Positions 38,564 to 48,465 of a stretch of DNA of 64,000 nt are shown piece after piece. Numbering within the stretch: the first letter of the stretch is position 1; each line of letters begins with the position of its first letter. The notes below the pieces were generated by a model. That model was not told the origin of the DNA. It saw only the letters and a program-made list of their open reading frames with translations, and did not search any database. The DNA comes from an uncultured Candidatus Rokubacteria bacterium (GTDB lineage Bacteria > Methylomirabilota > Methylomirabilia > Rokubacteriales > CSP1-6): positions 352,001 to 416,000 of the forward strand of contig CAVWWD010000007.1 in the NCBI GenBank assembly GCA_963758635.1, read 5' to 3'. A program made the translations under genes and the position numbers.

Positions 38564-39010
38564 TCAGCGGCGGCTCAGGGTCTCCGGTGACACGCGAAAC
38601 GGGTTGACGACCCGCACCGGGCCCAGCATCGAGTCGTCCTGTAGATCCTCGGTGAGCAGGTAGGCGCAACCCGCCACCTCGGCCGCGGCGGCGATCAGCG
38701 AGTCCCACCACGAGAGCCGGTGGCGGTCCTGGATGCGCCACGCGCCCTCGAGCACCCGCGTGTCGATGGGAACCGGCCGCCACGGAAGGAGCGACCGTAC
38801 GACCTGGCGCGCCGCCGCGCGGTCGAGGCCGGGATCCAGCTTCTCCGTCACGGTCACGTAGAACTCCTGGAGGACCTGATAGCTCAGCCGGCCCTGCCGC
38901 GTGTTCCACAGGTGCGCCATCCAGCTGGCCGCCTTCCTGTGCTTGTCGAGCTCCGCGGTATCGCGGCTGTAGACGAGGACGTTGGTGTCGACGAAGACGT
39001 CACCGGCCAT
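38564..39010 (-). CDS. vapC: PIN-domain toxin
   Basis: VFVDTNVLVY, QVLQEF, LSWWDSLI.AAA, LLTED. Confidence 0.92.
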   Translation of the reverse strand: MAGDVFVDTNVLVYSRDTAELDKHRKAASWMAHLWNTRQGRLSYQVLQEFYVTVTEKLDPGLDRAAARQVVRSLLPWRPVPIDTRVLEGAWRIQDRHRLSWWDSLIAAAAEVAGCAYLLTEDLQDDSMLGPVRVVNPFRVSPETLSRR

Positions 39011-39236
39011 AGAGGTCGGCTCGCTTCGGGTATCGGGTCGTCGGCTTCCGGAGCTTCCTGGCCGGGCGCGCCAGGTACTCGCGCCGCGCCACCTCGTAGC
39101 TCTGCTCTTCGTGCATCTTCTCGCGCAAGAGTTCTCCGACCAGGCGCGACATGCTCGTGTCCAGTTCAGCGGCCCGGATTCTCGCCCACCGGGCGACGTC
39201 CTCGTCGAGGGTGATCGTCACGTTGCGCAGGCTCAC
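39000..39236 (-). CDS. vapB: ribbon-helix-helix antitoxin
   Basis: RNVTITLDEDVARWARIRAA...SMSRLV; overlaps the vapC start. Confidence 0.85.
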   Translation of the reverse strand: MSLRNVTITLDEDVARWARIRAAELDTSMSRLVGELLREKMHEEQSYEVARREYLARPARKLRKPTTRYPKRADLYGR

Positions 39237-39242
39237 TGAGGA

Positions 39243-39265
39243 AGTGTAGCACGAAAACAGTGTAG
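39243..39265 (-). promoter_or_regulatory. extended -10 (leaderless) and direct-repeat operator of vapBC
   Basis: TGCTACACT 6 nt before the GTG; AGTGTAG direct repeats at 39243 and 39259. Confidence 0.55.
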
Positions 39266-39306
39266 ATATGCAGAGCGCGAGCGGCTCCACGGGGGCGGCG
39301 GCCCGG

Positions 39307-40196
39307 TCAGTAGAGTGAGTCGCGCGTCTGCTGCGCGAGCCGCGCCCGCAGCCGCTCGTCGATCTCCTGCTGGATGTTCTGGAGCGCCGAGGCCACGAGA
39401 TGGCCGACCGCGGTCAGCGCCACCTCGGCCTCGGACTTCTCGGCGGTGATCATCGCGCGCTCGTTCCGCGCGAGCAGGAATCCCGCGGGCGCGTCGCCCT
39501 TGCCGGCCAGCGCGACACAGAAGGCGGCGGTGTCGAGCGCGCTGCTCGAGCCTACCTCGAGCGACAGCGTCCCCGCGAAGCTCGACGCCTGCGGTCCCGC
39601 CGCGGCCACCTGAGCCATCTCGTCGTTGAACACGTTGTAGACGTACGCGGCCGCCGACCACTCGCCTTCCAGGTGCAGGATCAAGCGGTGGAGCACGGCG
39701 GTCAGGAAGCCGGCCTCGTCCTCGTACCGCCGCGACGTGAGGTCACCGACATCGTAGAGGAGCGCGACCAAACGGGACGAGCGCCGCAGCCGCTGGGAGA
39801 GGATGCGCAGCAGCTCTACGACGAGGCCCACGGCCAGCCACTGCTCGAGCATCGGCCCGCCCAGGACGAAGAGGGTCGTATCCGTGTGCGCGACCGCTCG
39901 CGCCGAGCGCGGCCGGTTCTCGATGAGGGCCATCTCCCCGAGGACGTCGCCGGGCGACAGGACGGCCAGCTCGGCGAAGCCGCCCGCCTCCACGCGCTTC
40001 TCGATGCGCACCCGCCCCACGGCGAGCAGGAACATCGCGTCGCCCGGGCGTGCCTTCCTCGAAGATCAGGCCGCCCGCCGGGACGGTCTGCACGACGAGG
40101 ATGCGCGCCAGCTCCTCGATCTTGGCGTCCGGCGAGGTGGCGAAACAGCGGGAGCGCGCGGAGCTGGCCGACCCGCTCCCGCGTGTCGTCGGTCAC
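39307..40196 (-). CDS. cyclic nucleotide-binding domain protein, frameshifts near 40130 and 40045
   Basis: LRALPLF..L, IFEEGTPGD.MF, GEMAL....RSA. Confidence 0.8.
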
Positions 40197-40227
40197 GGCG
40201 CGCTCCGCCCGGCCCGGCGGCCGGCCA

Positions 40228-41339
40228 TCACACGCCCCGCCATCCCGCCGGAGACCGGAGAGCAGCCGCACCTGGTCGGGGTTGTGAGCCTTGGCCAGGG
40301 CTACGCGGGCATCGACCAGCCCGCTCTTGATCACCTCGGCCAGCGACCGGTCCATCGTCGTCATCCCGAACTGTGCGCCGGTCTCGATGGCGCTGTAGAT
40401 CGTGTGGGGCTTGCCCTCGCGGATCTGGTTCGCGATGGCCGGCGTCACGACCATCAGCTCCCGGACGGCCACCCGCCCCTTGCCGTCCCGGCGCGGGAGC
40501 AGGAGCTGCGCGATGACGGCCCGGAGGGAGTTCGCGAGCTGGACGCGGATCTGGTCCTGCTGGCGGGCCGGGAACACGTCGATGATCCGCGCCACCGTCG
40601 AGGGGGCGTCCTGGGTGTGCAGCGTCCCGAAGCACAGGTGACCGGTCTCCGCGGCGGTGACGGCGAGGCCGATCGTCTCGTGGTCCCGCATCTCCCCGAC
40701 CAGGATGATGTCCGGATCCTCCCGCAGCGCGGCGCGGAGCGCGTTCGGGAACGACTTCGTCGTCTGTCCGACCTCACGCTGAGTGATGATCGATCGCTTG
40801 TCCTCGTAGACGAACTCGATCGGATCCTCGATGGTCAGGATGTGCTCGGAGCGGGTGCGGTTGGCGCGCTCGATCAGGCAGGCCAGGGTCGTCGACTTGC
40901 CCGACCCGGCGGGCCCGGTGACGAGGACGAGGCCGCGCGGGAGCGACGCCAGGTCGAGCATGGCGGGCGTGAGCCCGATGGCCTCCGGGTCCGGGATGTC
41001 CACGCCGATGACGCGAAGAGCCGCCTCGACGCCGTTCCGGCTCATCAGCACGTTGAGGCGGAAGCGCGAGAGGCCGTGCACCTCGTACGACCAGTCGAGC
41101 TCCCAGCTCTCCTCGAACCGGGCCCGCTGATCGTCGGGGAGCATCGAGTAGATCAGCGCCTGGGCAGCCTCGCGATCCAGCGCGGGGAGAGACGGGTCGA
41201 TCGCGACGATCGTGCCGTTCTTGCGCATCATGGGCGGCCGCCCGACGCGGAGGTGGATGTCGCTGCACCGCTGGTCGACAGCCGCCTTGAGGACCGTCAC
41301 GAGGTCCACGGCGTGGCGTCCGGGGCCGACGGCGCTCAC
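40228..41339 (-). CDS. pilT: PilT-like twitching-motility ATPase (true stop uncertain, 40193-40230)
   Basis: SDIHL, GPAGSGKSTT, TIEDPIE, LREDPD, GEMRD, GTLHT, AIANQIRE. Confidence 0.88.
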
Positions 41340-42475
41340 CGTCCGGTCGCTCCGGTGGACGTGCTCGGAGACGCGACGGCCCGGGCATCCGCGAGCCCCT
41401 GCGTCTGCAGGCGGATCCGCAGGTCGTTCGGGTTCGGGCTGACGGCCAGCGCCTCCTCCACGGAGATTGTCCGGGCCGTGAGGTGCGCGAGGAGCGCCTG
41501 GTTGAGGGACTGCATCTTGTAGAACGTGGCCGAGTCCTCGATGGCCTTGCCGAGCGCGCCGATCTTGTCGTCCTCGATGAGCTTCTGCACGGTCGGCGTG
41601 TTGATCATCACTTCCTGCACGGCCACCCGGCCCGGCCGGTCGGCGCGCTTCACGAGGCGCTGGGACACGACGGCGAGGAGGCATTTCGCGAGCTGCATGC
41701 GGGTCTGGTGCTGGCTCTCGGGCGCGTACGCGTCCAGGATCCGGTCGATGGACTGCTTGGCGTCGTTCGTGTGCAGGGTCCCGAAGACCAGGTGGCCCGT
41801 CTCGGCCGCGCGGAGCGCCGTGCTGATGGTCTCGGCGTCCCGCATCTCGCCGACCAGGATCACGTCTGGATCCTGGCGCAGGGCGCGGCGGAGCCCCTCC
41901 GCGAACGCACGGGTATCGGCGCCGATCTCACGCTGGTTGATGACGCCGAGGGCATCCTCGTACACGAACTCGATCGGGTCCTCCAGGGTGACGATGTGGA
42001 CCGGCCGGTGTCGGTTGATGTGGTCGATGATCGCGGCGAGCGTCGTGGTCTTGCCGGACCCCGTGGGGCCCGTCACCAGGAACAGCCCCTGCGGGCGAAG
42101 GGCGAGCTCCTTCAGGATGGCCGGCGCGCCCAGGTCGTCGAGGCTGGGTACCTTGGCCGGGATGAGGCGGAACACGGCGCCGGGCAGCCCCTTCTGGAAG
42201 AAGGCGTTCCCGCGGAAGCGGCCCAGGCCCGGGACCGCGAACGAGAAGTCCAGCTCCTTGTCACGCGTGAGCGTGGACCGCTGATCCCCGTCGATGACGC
42301 TGCCGATCAGGCGCTCGACGGCCTCTGCCGCGAGCACCGGGCGCCCGCCCATGGGGACCAGGTCGCCCTGAAGCCGCATCATGGGGGGCCGGCCGACCTT
42401 CAGATGGAGGTCGCTCGCCCCCCTCTCGGCGAGCGTCTGCAAGAGCGCGGACATGGTGGTCGACCCGTCTTCCAT
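41336..42475 (-). CDS. PilT/PilU family ATPase
   Basis: ASDLHL, GPTGSGKTT, LEDPIE, GEMRD, GTLHT; AIRNLIRE motif degenerate (TVQKLIED). Confidence 0.9.
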   Translation of the reverse strand: MEDGSTTMSALLQTLAERGASDLHLKVGRPPMMRLQGDLVPMGGRPVLAAEAVERLIGSVIDGDQRSTLTRDKELDFSFAVPGLGRFRGNAFFQKGLPGAVFRLIPAKVPSLDDLGAPAILKELALRPQGLFLVTGPTGSGKTTTLAAIIDHINRHRPVHIVTLEDPIEFVYEDALGVINQREIGADTRAFAEGLRRALRQDPDVILVGEMRDAETISTALRAAETGHLVFGTLHTNDAKQSIDRILDAYAPESQHQTRMQLAKCLLAVVSQRLVKRADRPGRVAVQEVMINTPTVQKLIEDDKIGALGKAIEDSATFYKMQSLNQALLAHLTARTISVEEALAVSPNPNDLRIRLQTQGLADARAVASPSTSTGATGR

Positions 42476-42578
42476 TCGTGTTCCCTCGAATGCGCCCGCG
42501 TCGCTTGAGGAGCACGCGGTGGGCACGGTCCAGCCATCGATACCATACCCCGGCGGCGGGCAACAGCCGAGCGCCCGC

Positions 42579-43106
42579 TCACCTCTGGCCGGACAGGATG
42601 CGGAAGGCCTCCACGATCTGCGGCACCTGATCCGGACGGATCCCCGACTCGGGCATCCGCTGCATCCGCCGGATCGTCGCCACCTGCTGCGTCGGGGTCT
42701 GGAGCACGAGGCGGCTCAGCACCGCCTCGGTGTGGCAGCGGGTGCACTGGAGCATGGTGAGCGAGGCCTGGATGACCTGGAACTCCTCGGCGGGGATGTT
42801 CGCCCCGGGGTGCGTGCTCATGCGCGCGATCGTGTCCAGGATGGGCTGGCGCTCCCAGCCGAGCGCGGCGGCGAACCGGCGGTCGGTGTGGCACCGGCCG
42901 CAGCGCTGGTCGAGGATCTGCTGGATGCGCAGCGGGCGCAGCGCGGCCACGTCGTCCTTGGTGACCAGGCGGTCGGGCAGCGCGCGCACCTCGTTCCGCA
43001 CCACGAGCAGCTCGCTGATCAGGAACAGGGTGAGGACGAGGTTGACCGCGACGACCAGCGCCAGGACGAAGGCCAGCCGGGAGCTCAGGCCGGAGGGGGC
43101 CGTCAC
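42579..43106 (-). CDS. membrane-anchored diheme c-type cytochrome
   Basis: N-terminal TM, CGRCH and CTRCH, each followed by TI.RM..P; GTGA overlap with the upstream gene. Confidence 0.85.
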   Translation of the reverse strand: MTAPSGLSSRLAFVLALVVAVNLVLTLFLISELLVVRNEVRALPDRLVTKDDVAALRPLRIQQILDQRCGRCHTDRRFAAALGWERQPILDTIARMSTHPGANIPAEEFQVIQASLTMLQCTRCHTEAVLSRLVLQTPTQQVATIRRMQRMPESGIRPDQVPQIVEAFRILSGQR

Positions 43107-44278
43107 GAGGCGGCCTGCGCGACGGGGCCCGCCGGCGCGCGGGAGGCCTCCGGCTCGAGCGGAGGCTCCGTGTGGATCGGGAGCCACCGTACCAGGTAGA
43201 TGTACGCGAGGATCATCCCCGCCATCGCGCCCACCGAGATCAGCACCTCGGTGGGGGCCGGCCGGTAGCTCTCCCAGCTGTGCACCTTCATCGTGAGCAC
43301 CGCGGCGTTGAGCCGATTCAGCACCACCCCGACGACGACGCACGCCGCCGCCCCGCACATCGCCCACTTGCGGTGCTCCACGTCGGGCATCAGCAGGAGG
43401 GCCAGCGGGACCAGGAGCCCGACGAGCATCTCGAGCCAGAACCAGCGCGCCTCGAACCCGAACGAGAGCGCGGCGTCGCCCACGCCCCGGTAGAGGACGT
43501 CGCCGATCCGGAGCGCGAGGTAGGCGGCGACCAGCACGGTGAGGCCGCGCGCGAGGCTCCGCAGCACGTCCATGCGGGGCTGCAGCCGCAGGAAGTGCGT
43601 GGCGAGCGTGTGCTCGACGATCATCACCGCGGGGCCGGCCATGATCGCCGAGAACAGGAAGAACACGGGGAGCAGCTCGGAGTGCCAGAGCTCGTGGACC
43701 TTGGTGGGCAGCAGCAGCAGCAGCGTGCCCAGCGAGGACTGGTGGAGCGACGAGAGCGACACGCCGGTGATGACGATCAGGAGGTACACGGCGTTGATGC
43801 GCCGGACCGGCCAGTGCCATCCGAGCTTGGCGAAGACGAGCGGGCTGAATTCCAGCACGAGGACCGTGGTGTAGGCCACCGCGCAGAGCGCCACCTCGTA
43901 CATGGCCGAGGTGGGGGCCCAGGACAGGAACACCATCCAGATCATCCACGGCCGGCCGAGCTCCACCATCAGCACCGCGGCGTAGGTGACGTACCAGAGG
44001 AGGCCCACGAGGAGCGCGGCGCGCACGATGTGACGCAGCCCCTTGATGTCGAAGATCTCGCCCGCCGCGGCCATGGTGAAGCCCACGCCACCGAGCGCGA
44101 TCCGCGTCAGCATGTCGAAGCCCACCCACCATCCCCAGGGGTACGCCTGGTTGATGTTGGCGATGGTGGCGAGGCCCGTGGCGAAGCGGACGATGGTGGC
44201 GACCACGGCGGCCAGCACCAGCACCCACAGGGTGCCCAGGACCGGCCACGGCCAGCGCGGCCGCTCAGTGGTCGTCAT
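43103..44278 (-). CDS. NrfD/HybB-type integral membrane quinone-interacting subunit
   Basis: N..YPWG.W, ELGRPW, S.MYEVA.C, LS.LHQSSLG, LNRLN. Confidence 0.9.
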   Translation of the reverse strand: MTTTERPRWPWPVLGTLWVLVLAAVVATIVRFATGLATIANINQAYPWGWWVGFDMLTRIALGGVGFTMAAAGEIFDIKGLRHIVRAALLVGLLWYVTYAAVLMVELGRPWMIWMVFLSWAPTSAMYEVALCAVAYTTVLVLEFSPLVFAKLGWHWPVRRINAVYLLIVITGVSLSSLHQSSLGTLLLLLPTKVHELWHSELLPVFFLFSAIMAGPAVMIVEHTLATHFLRLQPRMDVLRSLARGLTVLVAAYLALRIGDVLYRGVGDAALSFGFEARWFWLEMLVGLLVPLALLLMPDVEHRKWAMCGAAACVVVGVVLNRLNAAVLTMKVHSWESYRPAPTEVLISVGAMAGMILAYIYLVRWLPIHTEPPLEPEASRAPAGPVAQAAS

Positions 44279-45079
44279 GCTCCTCGTGCTCGTCGTGGGC
44301 CCAGAAGCGGAAGCGGCGCTTGACGATCATCGCGATGACCGCCATCGTCACCCACACCGTGCCGAAGATCTTCGGCGTGAAGTGCAGGAGCTTGCTGGTG
44401 ATGACCGGCGGCGCCTTGTCGGGCAGGTTCGCCGGATAGCCGAGCTTCTCGAACGGGACCGACGAGAGGTGCAGGACGGAGGTGCCGCCGACCTCGTCGA
44501 GGCCGTAGATGTGGGGGATGTAGTGCCGAGGCGCGCTCGCGATGCGCCGCCGCGCCTCCTTCACCATGTCGTCCCGGTCGCCGAACGTGATGGCGCCGGT
44601 CGGGCACACCTGCGCGCACGCCGGCTGCTTGCCCACCTGGATGCGATCGGCGCAGAACGTGCACTTGTGGATGGCGGGCACGACCCGGTCGTAGTCGAAC
44701 TTCGGCACGATGAACGGGCACGCCTGCATGCAGTACCGGCAGCCGATGCAGCGCCACGAGTTGAAGACCACCGGCCCGTCGGGGGTCTTCGTGGAGCGCC
44801 GTGGTCGGGCACGCGGACGCGCACGCCGGATCGAGGCAATGCATGCACAGCAGGCGGCCGAACACCCAGTCGGGATGCCCGTTCGGGCCGGCCTCGACCC
44901 CCGTGAAGGTGATCACGGTGTAGTTGTTCGGGTCGAGATCGCGCGGGTTCTGGTAGCCCGGCGCCGGCGAAGAAGGTCGTGTCGTCGCCGGGGAGATCGT
45001 TCCACGCCTTGCACGCCACCATGCAGGCCCGGCACCCGATGCACCGGGTGTTGTCCTGGATCATCGCCTTCAGCGCCAT
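44265..45079 (-). CDS. fdnH: formate dehydrogenase iron-sulfur (beta) subunit with C-terminal TM, frameshifts near 44960 and 44785
   Basis: CIGCRACMVAC, CMHCLDPACASACP, CIGCRYCMQACP, KCTFC...PACAQVCP. Confidence 0.88.
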
Positions 45080-48000
45080 CAGGCGGCCCCCTTCCGGCGG
45101 ACGTCGCACGAGGAACGCCTTGAACTCCGGGATCATCGTGTTGGCGTCGCCCACGTGCGGCGTGAGCACGTTGGCGCTGTCGCCCTTCGCGAGGCCGAGC
45201 CAGCCCCAGTGCCACGGCACGCCGACCTGGTGGATGATCCGCCCCGTCACCCAGAACGGCTCGAAGCGGTCGGTCACGAGGGCGTAGGCCTCGTACGCCC
45301 CTCGCGCGCTCTCCACGATGACCCGGTCGCCGTTGGCCACGCCCTTCACCCTCGCCAGGTCGCGTCCGATCTCCACGAAGGCGTCGGGCATGAGGCCCGA
45401 CGAGCCACGGCATCTTCCGGCTCATCGCCCCGGTCTGCCAGTGCTCGGACACGCGATACGTCGTGGCCACGATCGGGAAGCGGTCCGGGCTCGCCGATGG
45501 CGTCCAGCCCGGGCGTGTTCCACACCTTGATCGACGGGGTCGTACTGGACCGAGGACATCGGGTTCTTGATCGGGCTCTCCACGGGCTCGTAGTGCTCGG
45601 GGAAGGGGCCGTCGGCCAGGCCCGGCGCGAAGAGGTCGGCCCGCCCCGAGGTGGTCATGATGAACGGGGTCGATCGCCTCGCGGCGGGCCGCCGCCGTCC
45701 GGCACGTCGCCTTCCCACTTCTTGTCCGCCGCGTTCCAGCGGATGACCCAGCGCCGCGGGTTGAACGGCTGGCCGGCGGGGGAGATCGACGCGCGGTTGT
45801 AGAGGATGCGGCGATTCGCCGGCCACGCCCACGCCCAGCCGGGATAGAGCCCGATCTTGTTCGGCGCGTCCGTCGGGTCGCGGCGCGCCGCCATGTTGCC
45901 CTCGTCGGTGTACGAGCCGCAGTAGAGCCAGTTCCCGGACGCGGTGGAGCCGTCGTCGCGGAGCTGGGCGAAGGCCGGGACCTGGCCGCCCGCCTTGAAG
46001 GCCCGCCCGTCCGCCGCGGTCACGTCCTTCAGGAAGCGGCCGTTGATCTCCTTGGCCACCGCGTGCACGTCGGCGTGCTCCGCGCCGTAGTCCCAGTGAG
46101 GTGCACGATGGGCTCGGGCCGCGCGCCGCCGCCGGCGTACGCCTTCTTCAGGGCTCGGGCCAGGCAGCGTCAGGATGTCGGTGTCGGGCAGGGACTTGCC
46201 CAGAGGCTTCGTGGCCGCGTACCGCCACTGCATCCAGCGCCCGCTGTTGACGATGCTGCCTTCCTTCTCGACGGCGCCGGCGGCGGGGAGCAGGAACACC
46301 TCGGTGCGGATGTCGGCGGGCTTCACGCCGGGCCGCTTCCAGTGGGCGTAGCTCTCGTTCTCGAAGAGGTCGGCGGCGACCATCCACTCGAGCTTGTCGA
46401 GCGCGACCCGCGCGAAGGTGGAGTTCGGCCCGCCCACCGCGGGGTTCTGGCCGAAGCAGAAGAGGCCCTTGATCTGCCCCGCGTTACATGGCCTCGAACA
46501 GCGCGATGTGCGAGTAGCCCGCGCCCTGGAAGCCGGCGCCGAGCTTCGGGAGGTAGTCGTAGGCGAAGCCGTTGGCCGCCGTCGCGTGATCGCCCCACCA
46601 CGCCTTGAGCAGGCTCACCAGGTAGGCGGGCGTGTGCTTCCACCAGTTGGCCGCGCGCGCGTCGATGGCCACGGGGACGACGCGGCGGAGGTAGTCGTCC
46701 ATCGTCCGGTCGGCCTGGACGGGCATCTTCATGTAGCCGGGCAGGCTGTCGAAGATGAGGCCCTGGTCGGTCGAGCCCTGCACGTTGGACTCGCCGCGCA
46801 TGGCGTTGATCCCGCCGCCCGCGATCCCGAGGTTCCCCAGGAGGAGCTGGAGGATGGCGTAGGACCGGATGTTCTGGGTGCCGTGCGTGTGCTGGGCGGT
46901 GCCCATGGCGTAGAGCCACGTGCCGGCGCGGTCGGGGGCGAACGTGGAGGTGAAGTGGTCGCAGACCCTCGCGTACGTCTCGGGCGGCGTGCCGGTGATC
47001 GCGCACACCGCCTCCGTCGTGTAGCGGGAGAAGTGCTGGCGCAGGAGCTGGAGCACGCAGCGCGGATGGCGGAGCGTCGGGTCCTGCCGGGGGCGGCCCT
47101 GCGCGTCCACCTCGAAGGCCCACGTCGACTTGTCGTAGCGGCGGGCCACCTCGTCGTAGCCCGAGAACAGCCCGTCCTTGAACTGGAAGTCCTCCCGCAC
47201 GAGGTAGGACGCCGTCGTGTACGCGCGCACGTACTCCCACTGCACGCGGTCGTGGGTCAGCGCGTAGTTGATCATGCCGCCCACGAACGCGATGTCGGTG
47301 CCCGAGCGCATCTTGGCCCAGACGTCGGCGATGTGGGACGTGCGGTTGAAGCGGGGATCGACCTGGAGCACGATGGCGCCGCGCTCCTTGGTCTTCCGGA
47401 TCCAGTTCATCGCGATCGGGTGGTTCTCGGCGGGGTTGCCGCCCATGATCATCACCACGTCGGCGTTGATCATGTCCACCCAGTGGTTCGTCATCGCCCC
47501 GCGTCCGAGGGTGGCCGCCAGACTGGCGACCGTGGAGCTGTGTCAGATCCGGGCCTGGTGCTCCAGGTAGACGATGCCGAGCGCGCGCATCAGCTTGGCG
47601 AGGAGGTAGCACTCCTCGTTGTCGAGCGCGGCGCCGCCCAGCGAGGCGATCGCCTCGGTCCGGCTCACGACGGTGCCGCCCGCCTCGAGCTGGAAGGTGG
47701 CGTCGCGGGTCGCCTTCACCCGCTCGGCGATGCGCGACATCATCCAGTCCCAGGACTTCTCCTCCCACCGGTCGCTCCCGGGCGCGCGGTAGAGGGGGAC
47801 CTTCAGCCGAAGCGGGTTGTTCGTGACCTGGGCGGCGGCGGCGCCCTTGCTGCAGAGGGTGCCCTCGTTGACGGGGTGGTGAGGATCCCCCTCGATGCTG
47901 AGGACCTTGCCGTCCTTGACCGACACCACCTGACCGCAGCCCACGCCGCAGAACGGGCAGACCGTCGTGGTCTCCTTGGCCCCCGCCGTCTTCGGGGCGG

Positions 48001-48100
48001 GGACGGACGCCGCCTCGGCGGGGTTCGGAACCCCGACGGCGCCACCCAGAGCCCCGATCTTGCCGATCGAGCCGAGGAACTGCCGACGTGTGGGGGCCAT
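45079..48100 (-). CDS. fdnG: selenocysteine formate dehydrogenase-N alpha subunit (Tat-exported Mo/W-bisPGD); several indels in 45100-46490
   Basis: Tat motif TRRQFL, CPFCGVGC...LCSKG, EHQARI-U-H (TGA 47543-47545), GRGAMTNHW, RGESNVQG, TTYRVSEHWQTG, NTMIPEFKAFL. Confidence 0.93.
47513..47545 (-). promoter_or_regulatory. Sec UGA codon plus bacterial SECIS hairpin
   Basis: UGA, 11 nt (CACAGCUCCAC), then stem GGUCGCCA-GUC-UGGCGGCC. Confidence 0.85.
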
Positions 48101-48111
48101 CAGAAACCTGC

Positions 48112-48393
48112 CTACTTGCCTCCCGGATACTCCTTCAGCCAGCCCGCGTCCACGTCCTTGGCCTTGCGCTTGTCCTTCTCCGCGAGCAGCCACTTGCCAC
48201 GCTCGTTCAGGTCGTCGGCCTTGTACGTTTCCTTCTTCGGCATCGCCGATGCGTGGCAGTACTGGCAGTTCTGAGCGGGCATGCCCGCTGACTTCGCCTT
48301 CCCCACGAGCGGCGGGCTCGCCGCCGCGGGGAGCGTGGAGAGCGTCAGCACGGCACCCGCCACCATCGCGCTGATCATCGTCGTCCGGATCAT
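48112..48393 (-). CDS. small secreted monoheme cytochrome c
   Basis: GAGG RBS, signal peptide, CQYCH, LNERG; 93 aa, Lys-rich. Confidence 0.8.
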   Translation of the reverse strand: MIRTTMISAMVAGAVLTLSTLPAAASPPLVGKAKSAGMPAQNCQYCHASAMPKKETYKADDLNERGKWLLAEKDKRKAKDVDAGWLKEYPGGK

Positions 48394-48465
48394 CGAGTGA
48401 CCTCCTCGCCCGGGCCACCTCGGCCTCGGGCTTCTGTCGACAGGGTCATGGGGGCCCCGGGGTCA

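Noticed and set aside
39816..41684. Apparent PilT-cNMP fusion ORF (622 aa)
   Set aside because: The read-through degenerates into out-of-frame sequence; better explained by indels near 40130-40250 joining two genes
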